This document shows, one piece after another, positions 8,950-18,922 of a stretch of 64,000 nt of DNA. How positions within the stretch are numbered: the stretch's first letter is position 1; the number at the start of each line of letters is the position of its first letter. The notes under the pieces are model-generated. The model did no database searches and was not told the origin of the DNA. It saw nothing but the letters and a program-made list of their open reading frames with translations. Source of the DNA: Candidatus Woesebacteria bacterium. Lineage in GTDB: Bacteria; Patescibacteriota; Microgenomatia; UBA12405. The position numbers and the translations under genes were made by a program. The DNA lies in contig DAONDY010000001.1 of NCBI GenBank assembly GCA_035402805.1, forward strand, positions 13,697-77,696. Direction: 5' to 3'.

Positions 8950-9879
8950 ATGTTGAAAGTAGTCAAGATTAGTTCCATTTTAGAAGAATTTCGTCCTGTT
9001 CAATGGATAAAAAATTTAGCTATTTTTGCCGCCATTATTTTAAATGGTCAGCTATTTAATAAAGAATTATTTTTTAAAAGTTTTTTTGCTTTTATCTCCT
9101 TTTGTTTATTATCTTCTTCTTCTTATGTGATAAACGATCTTCTTGATATTAATAAAGATCGTCTTCATCCCACTAAAAAAAACAGACCCATTGCCAGGGG
9201 TGATATACCTGAATATTTAGCTGCTTTTCTAGCTATTGCGCTTCTTATTTTAGGTTTAGCTATTGCTCTTTTTACCAGTTATGGATTTTTTGTTATTTCT
9301 CTAGTTTTTATTTTACTCCAATATGCTTACTCCTTATTTCTTAAGAAAAAAGCCATTATTGACATCGTCGGTATTGCCTTATTCTTTATAATTCGTGCCT
9401 ACGCCGGGGAAATTGTTACCGGTTATCATTTATCAATTTGGATTATGTTAGCCGTTATCTTTTTATCTTTATTTGTTGCTAGTGGTAAACGTCGTAGTGA
9501 ACTTGTTAACAGCGGAATAAAAACTCGCTCAGCTTTAGCTGGTTATGGTAAAAGTTTATTGAATTTTTATACCACCATGTTTGCTGTCTGTACTTTGATC
9601 ACCTACGCCATGTTTACTTTTTTTGAAGAATCAGTTACTTTCACTGGATCGGGATTTTTACATGGCTTTCTTTTAGAAAATTTTCCCAATGCCTTAAATA
9701 GAAAATGGTATATGATTACTCTTCTACCGGTGATATTTGGCATGATGCGATATGGTCAAATAATTTTTGAAATGCAGGAAGGTGAGAGACCAGAAAGAAT
9801 AATTGCTACCGATATACCTCTTTTACTTTCAGTCCTAACTTGGGGATTGATGATAATTGGTATCATTTATGCAATCTAA
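8950..9879 (+). CDS. UbiA-family polyprenyl-phosphate prenyl/phosphoribosyltransferase (decaprenyl-phosphate phosphoribosyltransferase-like)
   Basis: 309 aa, ~8 TM. NDLLDINKD matches the NDxxDxxxD Asp-rich motif of UbiA enzymes. Overall resembles the DPPR-synthase subfamily. Confidence 0.7.
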   Translation: MLKVVKISSILEEFRPVQWIKNLAIFAAIILNGQLFNKELFFKSFFAFISFCLLSSSSYVINDLLDINKDRLHPTKKNRPIARGDIPEYLAAFLAIALLILGLAIALFTSYGFFVISLVFILLQYAYSLFLKKKAIIDIVGIALFFIIRAYAGEIVTGYHLSIWIMLAVIFLSLFVASGKRRSELVNSGIKTRSALAGYGKSLLNFYTTMFAVCTLITYAMFTFFEESVTFTGSGFLHGFLLENFPNALNRKWYMITLLPVIFGMMRYGQIIFEMQEGERPERIIATDIPLLLSVLTWGLMIIGIIYAI

Positions 9880-11449
9880 TCGACTTCCAAAAGTAATTCT
9901 TTTATTGTTTTTTTTAATCATCACTGTTTTAACTCGCTTTTGTTTTTTAGATTGGGGAAATGGTTATTTTTTTAATCCAGATGAAAATAATATGGCCACA
10001 TCAGTGGCCCAAATGAATTATAAAAATTTTAATCCAAACTTTTTTGCCTATGGTCAATTTCCTCTTTTTTTGACTTTTTTTACTACACCATTACATAATT
10101 TTTCATCTATTGTTTTAACCCTTCGTTTTTGGTCAGCCGTTTTTTCTTGTCTTTCGATCTACTTTTTTTATTTGATTTCTAAAATTATTTTTAAATCAAA
10201 AAAAATTAGTTATATTTTTATTTTACTTTTAATTTTTACTCCAGGACTTATTCAATCTGCCCATTTTGGCACCACTGAGTCACTTCTTCTTTTTGTTTTT
10301 TCGGCTAACATTTTTTTATCTTTAAAATATTTTGAAAATCCTAAAAAGATATATTTTTTATTTTCTATTTTAGTCAGTGCTATTGGAATTGCTTCAAAAA
10401 TTACATCAGTTTTTTTTATTATGCCTTTTTACACCACTCTTTTTTTGACTTTTTTGAAAAACAAAAAAATTTTTAATTTTATTTCTATTACTTTTATATT
10501 TACTTTTTTGACGCTACTTTTATCTCTTCTTTTTTCTCCATTTAATATTATTAAATTTTCTGATTTTAAATCATCCATGGTTTACGAAACATCAGTTGCC
10601 GCTGGATCTATTAGGGTTTTTTACACCAGACAATTTGAAGGTTCATTGCCATACATTTTTCAATTTCAAAAGGTTTTTCCTTATGCTAATGGTATTTTTA
10701 TTTTTACTTTTTCATTTATTGGTTTTTTACTTTTTTTATTAGGTTTTAAGCGTTTAACTCCTGATACTAAAAAGAAATTATCAATTTTATTAATTCCTTC
10801 AATAATTTATTTTATTTATACTGGCCAACTTTTTGTTAAATGGACCAGATTTATGTCTCCACTTTTTTTTATTGGTCCGTTTTTTTGTTTATTTATTTTT
10901 CAAAAATTAAAGAAAAAATTATTAATTTTTATTTTATTAATACTAATGATTAGTCCTGGTTTATATTTCTTCCAGAAATATTTTTCAAAAGATATTAGAA
11001 TTTATGCTTCAGATTTCATTAAATCAAACATCCCAGCAGATTCTTTCGTCCTGTCTGAATCCGGTAACGTTGTTAATTTTCCTGTCAATTATCCCGATCT
11101 TCAGGTAAATAATTTTAATTTTTACGAGTTAGATTCAAATGAAAACAATCTAATCAAATTAACTGATGCTTTAACTTCATCTGATTATGTTTTTATCCCT
11201 TCCCGTCGAGTTTTCAAAAATCAAAATAACAAAAATTATCCGCTATCTCAAAAATATTATCAAAATTTATTTTCTGGAAATATTGGTTTTGTTGAAATAA
11301 AAAAAATCAGTCGTCAAAAAGATCTCTTTTTGAATTCTGAAAATGCCGAAGAAACCTGGTCTGTTTTTGATCAACCAACAATCAGAATTTATAAAAAAAA
11401 TATTAATTTAAGTCCAGATGATTATCAAGAATTACTCTCATCTAATTAA
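9857..11449 (+). CDS. GT-C fold membrane glycosyltransferase (PMT_2 / ArnT-like, GT39/GT83 family)
   Basis: 530 aa polytopic. N-terminal loop with NPDENN (the DE motif of ArnT/PMT_2). Large C-terminal soluble domain. Confidence 0.65.
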   Translation: MVSFMQSNRLPKVILLLFFLIITVLTRFCFLDWGNGYFFNPDENNMATSVAQMNYKNFNPNFFAYGQFPLFLTFFTTPLHNFSSIVLTLRFWSAVFSCLSIYFFYLISKIIFKSKKISYIFILLLIFTPGLIQSAHFGTTESLLLFVFSANIFLSLKYFENPKKIYFLFSILVSAIGIASKITSVFFIMPFYTTLFLTFLKNKKIFNFISITFIFTFLTLLLSLLFSPFNIIKFSDFKSSMVYETSVAAGSIRVFYTRQFEGSLPYIFQFQKVFPYANGIFIFTFSFIGFLLFLLGFKRLTPDTKKKLSILLIPSIIYFIYTGQLFVKWTRFMSPLFFIGPFFCLFIFQKLKKKLLIFILLILMISPGLYFFQKYFSKDIRIYASDFIKSNIPADSFVLSESGNVVNFPVNYPDLQVNNFNFYELDSNENNLIKLTDALTSSDYVFIPSRRVFKNQNNKNYPLSQKYYQNLFSGNIGFVEIKKISRQKDLFLNSENAEETWSVFDQPTIRIYKKNINLSPDDYQELLSSN

Positions 11450-13091
11450 TTCGCATAAAAAATCTTTTTTATTATTATCAATAATATTGATAGCTATTTT
11501 TTTTAGGACTATCGGTTTTAATTGGGATCAAGGTCAACATCTTCATCCAGACGAAAGGTTTTTAACTATGGTTTTAACCAAAGTTAAAATTCCTTTATCT
11601 TTAAAAGATTATTTAAACCCTCAAACCTCAACCTTAAATCCATATAATAATAATTTTAATTTTTTTGTCTATGGTTCTTTTCCTCTAAACTTAGTTAAGT
11701 TGGCAGGTGAGCTTTTAAACAAAACAAATTACCAACAAATTCATTTTATTGGTCGGGGATTAACTATCTTGGCTGACGTTTTAATCGTTCTATTAATTTA
11801 TTTAATCTCCAAAAAAATTTTTAATCAAAAAATCGCTCTTTTATCTTCTTTTTTTTATTCTATCTGTGTATTTCCAATTCAGCTTTCTCATTTTTATACG
11901 GTTGATCCTTTTTTAAATTTTTTTATAGTTTTAAGTTTTTACTTTTTAATTCTTTTAAAAGATAAAAACAAAGTTCTGTTTAAATTGTTTTTATTATCAG
12001 TTTCTTTCGGAATTGCCGTTGCTTGTAAAATTTCTGCAGTTTACTTTTTACCGGTTATAATAATATTTTTATTTTTTTATTTCATTAAAAAACCACTAAG
12101 GTTTATTTTTTATAGTCTATTTTTAGCCATTTTATCGTTGATTATTTTTAGAATTAATCAACCACAAGTTTTCTCCACCGGTAATTTTTTAAATTGGAAA
12201 CCTAATCCCCAATTTATTTCTAACTTAAAGGAACTTCAAAGTTATAACAAAATGCCTTTCTATCCGCCAGGAATTCAATGGTTAAAATCTCTTCCTCTAA
12301 TTTTTCCTCTCAAAAATATTGTCTTTTGGGGAACTGGGTTACCTCTTGGAATTATTTTCATTTTTTCTTGTTTTTATTCAATTTTTTTTATCTTTAAAAA
12401 AGGCATTCTAAAAAATTTTTATTTTTTTAGTATTGTTTTTTGGATATTAATTTTATTTTTTTACCAAGGAAGTCAGCATGTCACTACTATGCGTTATTTT
12501 TTACCAGTTTATCCATTTTTATGTATTACTTCTGCTTTTTTTATTTATCAAACAAAATTTTTAAGTTCAAAATTAGTAAAAGTCTTATTTTTTATAATTT
12601 TATTATTCTATCCAATCTGTTTTATTTCCATTTATTTTAAAGATCATACTAGAATTGCCGCTTCTAAATGGATTTATCAGAACATTCCATCAGGTAGTGT
12701 TTTAGCTACCGAATATTGGGATGACAGTTTGCCATTATCAGTTGGTAAAAACTCACTTTATAGTTATCAATATCAAAACTTAGATATTGCTAGTCAAGAT
12801 TCACCCCAAAAAATAAACAAACTTAAACAGCAATTAGAAAAAACAGATTTTGTTATTCTTTCTTCAGGGCGTTTTTACTTAACTATTCCTAAAAATTCGG
12901 ACATTTATCCATTAACTACTAAATATTATCAATCGCTTTTTGATGGTTCTCTTGGTTTTATAAAAGTCGCTGAATTTAATTCATACCCTGTTTTTAATGA
13001 TACTTCAGCCGAGGAAGCTTTCACTGTTTACGATCATCCCAAAGTGATTATTTTTCAAAAGACTTCAAATTTTGATTTAAATTCTTTCTGA
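11418..13091 (+). CDS. GT-C fold membrane glycosyltransferase (PMT_2 / ArnT-like), paralog of the previous gene
   Basis: 557 aa. HLHPDERF motif in the first loop. Same architecture as 9857..11449. Confidence 0.65.
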   Translation: MIIKNYSHLINSHKKSFLLLSIILIAIFFRTIGFNWDQGQHLHPDERFLTMVLTKVKIPLSLKDYLNPQTSTLNPYNNNFNFFVYGSFPLNLVKLAGELLNKTNYQQIHFIGRGLTILADVLIVLLIYLISKKIFNQKIALLSSFFYSICVFPIQLSHFYTVDPFLNFFIVLSFYFLILLKDKNKVLFKLFLLSVSFGIAVACKISAVYFLPVIIIFLFFYFIKKPLRFIFYSLFLAILSLIIFRINQPQVFSTGNFLNWKPNPQFISNLKELQSYNKMPFYPPGIQWLKSLPLIFPLKNIVFWGTGLPLGIIFIFSCFYSIFFIFKKGILKNFYFFSIVFWILILFFYQGSQHVTTMRYFLPVYPFLCITSAFFIYQTKFLSSKLVKVLFFIILLFYPICFISIYFKDHTRIAASKWIYQNIPSGSVLATEYWDDSLPLSVGKNSLYSYQYQNLDIASQDSPQKINKLKQQLEKTDFVILSSGRFYLTIPKNSDIYPLTTKYYQSLFDGSLGFIKVAEFNSYPVFNDTSAEEAFTVYDHPKVIIFQKTSNFDLNSF

Positions 13092-14225
13092 AAATAATCT
13101 TTCATAATTATTTATAGTTTTTTTATAATCAAAAATTTTAATATTTTTATTAAATTTATCTTTATAGTATTTTTTTTGTTTTTTTAAAACTAATTCCAAT
13201 TTATTAGCCAAATCAATTTCATTTTTATTCTCAAATAATTCTCCTAAGCCAGTTTTAAGGACAGGAACTCTCATCCCTGGTAAGTTGGTTGCCACACATG
13301 GTGTTCCGCACTTCATCGCTTCTATCTGAACCCAACCAAATGATTCTAAAGTGTCATCACTTGGTAGAACTAAAACATCAATTTTTTTATAAAAATTAGA
13401 TAAAAATTTTCTTTCAATGTTTTCCAAAAAGAAAAATTTATTTTTTAAAATTTTTTTATATTTTCTTTTTAAAAAATCATAATAATTTTCGCCAATGACT
13501 TTAGTCGGTCCTGCCATTAATATTACATAATTTTCTTTACCTAGTTTTTCATCAAGTAAAACTGTAGATTTTATTAATAATTCAATTCCTTTTTGTTTAG
13601 CGATTCTTCCGCAAAAACCAATTACATATTTTTTATTTTTGATTATGTTTTTAATCTTTTTTTCCAGTTTAATATTTCTTTTTTTTTCAAATTTAATCGG
13701 TGGATAAATGGCTACTGTTTTGTTTAAAAATCTTTTTAAAAAATATGAATTTTTAGCATAATCACTAGTATAAGAAATTATTTTATTTGACAATAAAGCG
13801 GCTAAATATTGACAAATAAAAACACCGCCATCTATTAATTTATTTTTAAAACCTTTCCAGAAACTTAAATCAGTGTGATGAGTTAAAAAAACTTTTTTAT
13901 TTAAAATTTTACCGACAATTGCTACCCAGAATGATTCTGGTTGAGGTAGGTGGCAATTGACCACATCATGTTTTTTTATTTCTTTTATTGATTCAGCTAA
14001 AAAAGATGGAATAATCGGACCTTTACCTATTTTAAAAGCAATTTTTAGTCGTTTTATTTTAACTCCATTAGTAACCTCTTCTTTATTTGTTTTTAAATCA
14101 TGCCAACTTGTCAAAATCGTAACCTCATGTCCTTTTTTTACTAGTTCCTCTGCTAATATTTTGATATATATTGTAATTCCCGAAACATTAGGCAAATAGT
14201 ATGGTGTTGAAATCAATATTTTCAC
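13077..14225 (-). CDS. Glycosyltransferase family 4 (GT-B fold)
   Basis: 382 aa. N-terminal MKILISTPYYLPNVSGI and C-terminal ESFGWVQIEAMKCGTPCV (EX7E motif). Confidence 0.8.
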   Translation of the reverse strand: MKILISTPYYLPNVSGITIYIKILAEELVKKGHEVTILTSWHDLKTNKEEVTNGVKIKRLKIAFKIGKGPIIPSFLAESIKEIKKHDVVNCHLPQPESFWVAIVGKILNKKVFLTHHTDLSFWKGFKNKLIDGGVFICQYLAALLSNKIISYTSDYAKNSYFLKRFLNKTVAIYPPIKFEKKRNIKLEKKIKNIIKNKKYVIGFCGRIAKQKGIELLIKSTVLLDEKLGKENYVILMAGPTKVIGENYYDFLKRKYKKILKNKFFFLENIERKFLSNFYKKIDVLVLPSDDTLESFGWVQIEAMKCGTPCVATNLPGMRVPVLKTGLGELFENKNEIDLANKLELVLKKQKKYYKDKFNKNIKIFDYKKTINNYERLFSERI

Positions 14226-14268
14226 AACTGAATTATAACAATATTCAAAAAGGATTTATAATAAATGA

Positions 14269-14841
14269 ATGATTTTTTTAAAATCACTTTTATTTTGGCA
14301 ACCGAAAAAAGATTGGCTTGTCTGGTTTGAACAGAATTTATTAAGAAAAAAAATTCTTATCGTCTTGAATTATATAATTTGGCTTTTCTTTTTCTTTATT
14401 TCATATCTTCTGATTAAAAAAGACGCTAATGTTTTTTGGCAGATTCTTATCGCCACCATCGTTGCAGAACTCCTTGAGCGTTTCCTAAAAAATAAAATTT
14501 ATTGGCGCCGCCCACTTTTTAAGAAAAATGATGACGTTCCTCCTGGATTAGTTAAAAAATGGTATAAAACCGGTTCCTTTCCCTCGGGTCATACTATTAA
14601 GGCTTTTTATTTTCTTTTTTTTATTATTCAGTATCAGGTTTTTTCAGTTCCCTTATTTTTATCAATAGTCTCACCGCTTTTATTTTTTCGCATTTTTATT
14701 GGTTTTCATTACCCCATAGACATGTTTGGTGGAGCAGTTACCGGTATTCTAGTTTGGTTGTTATCAAAATGGATTATTTTCCCAATTTTTCTTACCAATA
14801 TATTTAAAACTATTTTTAATTTTATTTTTTTTATAAAATAA
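14269..14841 (+). CDS. PAP2-family lipid phosphatase (membrane)
   Basis: 190 aa. KxxxxxxRP (KNKIYWRRP), PSGH (SFPSGHT) and H...D (GFHYPID) motifs. Confidence 0.75.
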   Translation: MIFLKSLLFWQPKKDWLVWFEQNLLRKKILIVLNYIIWLFFFFISYLLIKKDANVFWQILIATIVAELLERFLKNKIYWRRPLFKKNDDVPPGLVKKWYKTGSFPSGHTIKAFYFLFFIIQYQVFSVPLFLSIVSPLLFFRIFIGFHYPIDMFGGAVTGILVWLLSKWIIFPIFLTNIFKTIFNFIFFIK

Positions 14842-14862
14842 TATTTTTATGACTAATATGTA

Positions 14863-14911
14863 TTTCTCCCTTTTATCAAGGGGAGATGTCCGAAGGACAG
14901 AGGGGTTTTGA
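14863..14911 (+). repeat. Copy A of a ~49-nt two-hairpin repeated element (UCUCCC-loop-GGGAGA; UGUCC-GAA-GGACA; GAGGGGUUUUG)
   Basis: Near-identical copies at 22217-22267, 47404-47452 and 52283-52330 (- strand). Hairpin 2 shows compensatory substitutions between copies. Confidence 0.7.
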
Positions 14912-14915
14912 CTTT

Positions 14916-17003
14916 ATGTTGTCAGATTTAACCTCTATTTTTTCTTGGTGGTTTTTGATTTTTTCTTTAGGTCTTTTAACTTTACCGGTAACATTTTTTT
15001 TATTTCAAAAATTTTGGGATAAAGGCTATATTTTTTCTAAAATTATTTGCATTATTATTGCTACTTATCTAATTTTTATTGGTGGAGTTTCTAAAATTTT
15101 GACTTTCACTAATTTAAATTTATTTATAGTTCTAGGCATAATCATTATATTGAATCTTTTATTCCTTAAACAAGGCAAAAATTTATCTTTATTTTTAAAA
15201 ACAATTAAAGAAAATTACCGGGTTTTTATTTTCCAAGAACTACTCTTTCTTTTAATTTTAATTAGTTGGTCTTTTGTTCGTGGTTTCGCTCCAGACATCG
15301 AGGGTTTGGAAAAATATATGGATTGGGGTTTTATAAATTCGGCCTTAAGATCAAAATTTTTACCACCACAAGATATGTGGTTTTCCGGTGAAGTAATAAA
15401 TTATTATTATTTTGGTCATTTAATTTTTGCCGTTTTAACTAAATTAAGTAATATTAGTTCAGCTATTACTTATAATTTATCCATCGCCACTGTTTGTGCT
15501 CTAACTTTTGCTTCCTCTTTTTCCCTTGCTTCTAATTTGGTTTACCTTTCTTTAAAAAAAATCAATTTTAAAAAAGTCGTCACTGCTGGTTTAATTTCCG
15601 CTCTTTTATTGACTTTTGGAGGCAATCTTCATTCGGTTTACAAGATTGCTAAAATAAATATCCAAGATAACGGCAAATTAGTTTTATCAAAGCAAGCTCT
15701 CAAAGAATCAGTTGGCAAATATTGGTACCCAGACGCCACTCGTTTTATTGGTCATGATCCCGATATTAAAGATAAAACCATTCATGAATTTCCAGTTTAT
15801 AGTTTTGTGGTTGCCGACCTTCATGGTCATATGAATGACATTCCTGTTGTTTTATTTTTTATGGCCTTTTTATTCGCTACCAGCTTCTCTTTATCAGGAT
15901 TAATAAATTATCTTGTCATTATTGTTTCCGGATTTATTTTATCAATTACCTATATGACCAATGCTTGGGATTTTGCCATTTATGGTCTTCTTTTTGCCAT
16001 CTTCACTTTCTTTATAAATCTTAAAAATGATAAAAAATCAGCTGTTAAAAAAACTTTAATTAACGGAATTTTAACAATTGCTGTTTGGTTTATTTTTAGT
16101 ATTCCTTTTTCTATGAATTTTGTTCCCATGACTAATGGAATAAAAATTTCTGATAGCCATAGCCCCTTTTATCAATTATTTATTTTATACGGTGGTTTTT
16201 GGCTGATCTGTTTACCATTTATTGTTTTGATATTTAAAAAATTTATTGTAAATTGTAAATTGAAAATTGAGAATTCAGATCTATTTGTTCTGGCCGTTAT
16301 TGTTACTGCCACTCTTTTGATAATTATTCCAGAATTAATTTATTTAAAAGATATTTATATTTATGAACATCGTCGGGCTAATACTATGTTTAAGTTGGTC
16401 TATCAATCATTTATTATGTATTCTTTAATTTCTGGTTATGTCTTTTATAAAACCAGATCTTTGTTAAAATCTAAAATTTTAAATAATTTATTTGGGTTTT
16501 TATTTACTGTAATTTTCTCAATTCATTTGATCTATCCCTATTTTGCCATTAAGTCTTTTTATGGTCTTAAAAATTATCAAGGGCTTTGGGGTTTGAATTA
16601 TTTAAAAGATTCCTATCCTGACAATTTAAAAGCTATTGATTGGATTAACAAAAATATTTCTGGTCAACCAATAATGCTGGAAGCAGTCGGTGATAGTTAT
16701 ACTACTTTTAATCAAATTTCTGTTGCCACCGGCCTCCCCACAGTCGAAGGGTGGATAGTCCACGAATGGCTTTGGCGCGGTGGCTATGACAAACCAAAAC
16801 AACGCCAAGATGATGTTCGTTCCATTTATGAAGATAAGGATATTAATAGATTGAAAGTTCTAATTAAAAAATATGATATTAAATATATCTTTATTGGCTC
16901 CAAAGAATACGAAAAATATCCCAACTTAAACGAAGATAATTTTATAAAAATTGGTGGAAAAATAATTTATCAGTCTGGTAAAACTAAGATTTACCAACTA
17001 TAG
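14916..17003 (+). CDS. DUF2298-like polytopic membrane protein (putative GT-C-type glycosyltransferase)
   Basis: The track ORF starts at 14886 inside the repeat element; ATG at 14916 is more plausible. >12 TM, conserved YYYFGHL segment typical of DUF2298. Confidence 0.5.
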   Translation: MLSDLTSIFSWWFLIFSLGLLTLPVTFFLFQKFWDKGYIFSKIICIIIATYLIFIGGVSKILTFTNLNLFIVLGIIIILNLLFLKQGKNLSLFLKTIKENYRVFIFQELLFLLILISWSFVRGFAPDIEGLEKYMDWGFINSALRSKFLPPQDMWFSGEVINYYYFGHLIFAVLTKLSNISSAITYNLSIATVCALTFASSFSLASNLVYLSLKKINFKKVVTAGLISALLLTFGGNLHSVYKIAKINIQDNGKLVLSKQALKESVGKYWYPDATRFIGHDPDIKDKTIHEFPVYSFVVADLHGHMNDIPVVLFFMAFLFATSFSLSGLINYLVIIVSGFILSITYMTNAWDFAIYGLLFAIFTFFINLKNDKKSAVKKTLINGILTIAVWFIFSIPFSMNFVPMTNGIKISDSHSPFYQLFILYGGFWLICLPFIVLIFKKFIVNCKLKIENSDLFVLAVIVTATLLIIIPELIYLKDIYIYEHRRANTMFKLVYQSFIMYSLISGYVFYKTRSLLKSKILNNLFGFLFTVIFSIHLIYPYFAIKSFYGLKNYQGLWGLNYLKDSYPDNLKAIDWINKNISGQPIMLEAVGDSYTTFNQISVATGLPTVEGWIVHEWLWRGGYDKPKQRQDDVRSIYEDKDINRLKVLIKKYDIKYIFIGSKEYEKYPNLNEDNFIKIGGKIIYQSGKTKIYQL

Positions 17004-17009
17004 TTAATT

Positions 17010-18905
17010 TTGTCCATGAAAGATATTTTAGAAGGTTTAAACCCACCTCAAAAAAAAGCCGTCACCCATATCGGTTCTCCCTTACTATTATTGGCCGGAG
17101 CCGGTTCTGGTAAAACTCGGGTTTTAACCCATCGAGTGGCTTATTTTATTCAACAAAAAATAGCTAAACCTTCAGAAATTTTGCTTTTAACCTTTACTAA
17201 TAAGGCCGCGGAAGAGATGAAAAATCGCACCACCAAGCTTTTGTCGGCAATCAATAGGTCGGAAAATAAAAGTTTTTTTGCTGGTACTTTTCACTCTTTC
17301 TGTTGCCGTGTTTTACGTGTTGACGGTCACCATATTGGTATTCCGCCCAAATTTGTTATTTACGATGCTAACGATCAAGAAAACTTAGTTAAAAATATTC
17401 TTCATGAATTAGGTCTAACCACCAAAGAATTTAAACCCTCAAGTGTTCTTTATTACATCGAAGCGGCTAAAAATTCTTTTCAAACTCCAAAAGAAATGAT
17501 CGCTCAAAGCCATGGTTTTTGGGAAGATTATGCCGCTAAAATTTATTCGCTTTATCAGAAGAAAATGTTTGAATTTCACGCTCTCGATTTTAATGATCTT
17601 CTTTTTAAAACTACTGAATTATTTTTAGAACATCCAGAAGTTCTGGATAAATATCAGGAAATATACAAATTTATTATGGTTGATGAGTATCAGGATACTA
17701 ACCAAATTCAATATCTTCTCACCAAACTTTTAGCCAAAAAATATAATCAAATTACCGTAGTTGGTGATGCTTCTCAAGCTATTTATGGTTGGCGTGGAGC
17801 CGATTACCGAAATCTGATAAGTTTTACTGCCGATTTTAAAAAAACCAAAGTTATTAATCTCGAGGAAAACTATCGATCTACTCAAATTATTCTTGACGCC
17901 GCCAATGCAATTATTTCTAAAAATAATTCTCATCCGGTTTTAAAATTATTTACCCAAAAAACATCAGAAGACAAAATAAAAGTTTTTGAAGCTGAATCTG
18001 AAGTTGCCGAGGCAGATTTTATTGCCCAAAAAATTAAATTTATCAACGATAATTTTAAAATTCCTCTTCGAGATATTGCCGTTCTTTATCGTATGAACGC
18101 CCAATCGCGTGTTTTGGAAGAAGCGTTTTTACGCCTTAGTATTCCTTATGTTCTGCTTGGTGGCACTCGTTTTTATGAACGTGCCGAAATTAAAGATATT
18201 TTATCTATGCTCCGTTTTGCTAGTAATAATGCTGATCATATTTCCGAAGAAAGAATTGATAAAGCTCTTGGTAAACGTAAAAAATCCCTTCTTTTAGAAC
18301 ATCTTAAAGATATGGATTTAGATAATTTAACCTCTCTTCAAATTTTAGAATCGCTGGTTGTTAATTCCGGTTATCTTGATAAATTTGATGCTAAAGATGA
18401 GGAGGATCAAAAAAGAATTGAAAATATTAAAGAATTAAAATCTGTCGCTGCTGCTCATCCTAGTCTAAGCGGCTTTTTGGAAAATGTTACCTTAGTCCAA
18501 CAAGAGTATTCACTTCAAGAAAAGAATAAAAAAAAGGAAAATCGAGACGGTGTTAAATTAATGACCCTTCATAGTGCTAAAGGTTTGGAATTTGAAGTAG
18601 TTTTTATAGTTGGTTTTGAAGAGGGAATTTTGCCTCATTCTCGTTGTTTGATTAATGAGTCTGAAATTGAAGAAGAGCGTCGTCTTTGTTACGTCGGTAT
18701 TACCCGTGCTAAAGATTATCTTTATATTTCTTATGCTACTCGTCGTTTATTTTTTGGCAAAAGCAGTTTAAATGAACCCAGTCGTTTTCTTGCTGATATT
18801 CCCTCAGAACTAGTCGAATTTGAAGAAAGCGAAGAACTTATTCGTGATTATCGTCATCCTAAAAAGAACGATGATGATCTCGTCTATGATCCTGATATTT
18901 ATTAA
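17010..18905 (+). CDS. pcrA: UvrD/PcrA/Rep-family ATP-dependent DNA helicase
   Basis: 631 aa. Walker A GAGSGKT, motif II VDEYQDTN, and TLHSAKGLEF, VGITRA later in the protein. Confidence 0.85.
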   Translation: MSMKDILEGLNPPQKKAVTHIGSPLLLLAGAGSGKTRVLTHRVAYFIQQKIAKPSEILLLTFTNKAAEEMKNRTTKLLSAINRSENKSFFAGTFHSFCCRVLRVDGHHIGIPPKFVIYDANDQENLVKNILHELGLTTKEFKPSSVLYYIEAAKNSFQTPKEMIAQSHGFWEDYAAKIYSLYQKKMFEFHALDFNDLLFKTTELFLEHPEVLDKYQEIYKFIMVDEYQDTNQIQYLLTKLLAKKYNQITVVGDASQAIYGWRGADYRNLISFTADFKKTKVINLEENYRSTQIILDAANAIISKNNSHPVLKLFTQKTSEDKIKVFEAESEVAEADFIAQKIKFINDNFKIPLRDIAVLYRMNAQSRVLEEAFLRLSIPYVLLGGTRFYERAEIKDILSMLRFASNNADHISEERIDKALGKRKKSLLLEHLKDMDLDNLTSLQILESLVVNSGYLDKFDAKDEEDQKRIENIKELKSVAAAHPSLSGFLENVTLVQQEYSLQEKNKKKENRDGVKLMTLHSAKGLEFEVVFIVGFEEGILPHSRCLINESEIEEERRLCYVGITRAKDYLYISYATRRLFFGKSSLNEPSRFLADIPSELVEFEESEELIRDYRHPKKNDDDLVYDPDIY

Positions 18906-18922
18906 CTTGTTAAAATATATCT

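Noticed and set aside
14886-14915. Track start codon of the DUF2298-like gene (MSEGQRGFDF...)
   Set aside because: These codons are the second hairpin of the repeated element and are read in-frame by chance. The same sequence occurs before alaS and gatB, where it is clearly non-coding. The start was moved to ATG 14916.
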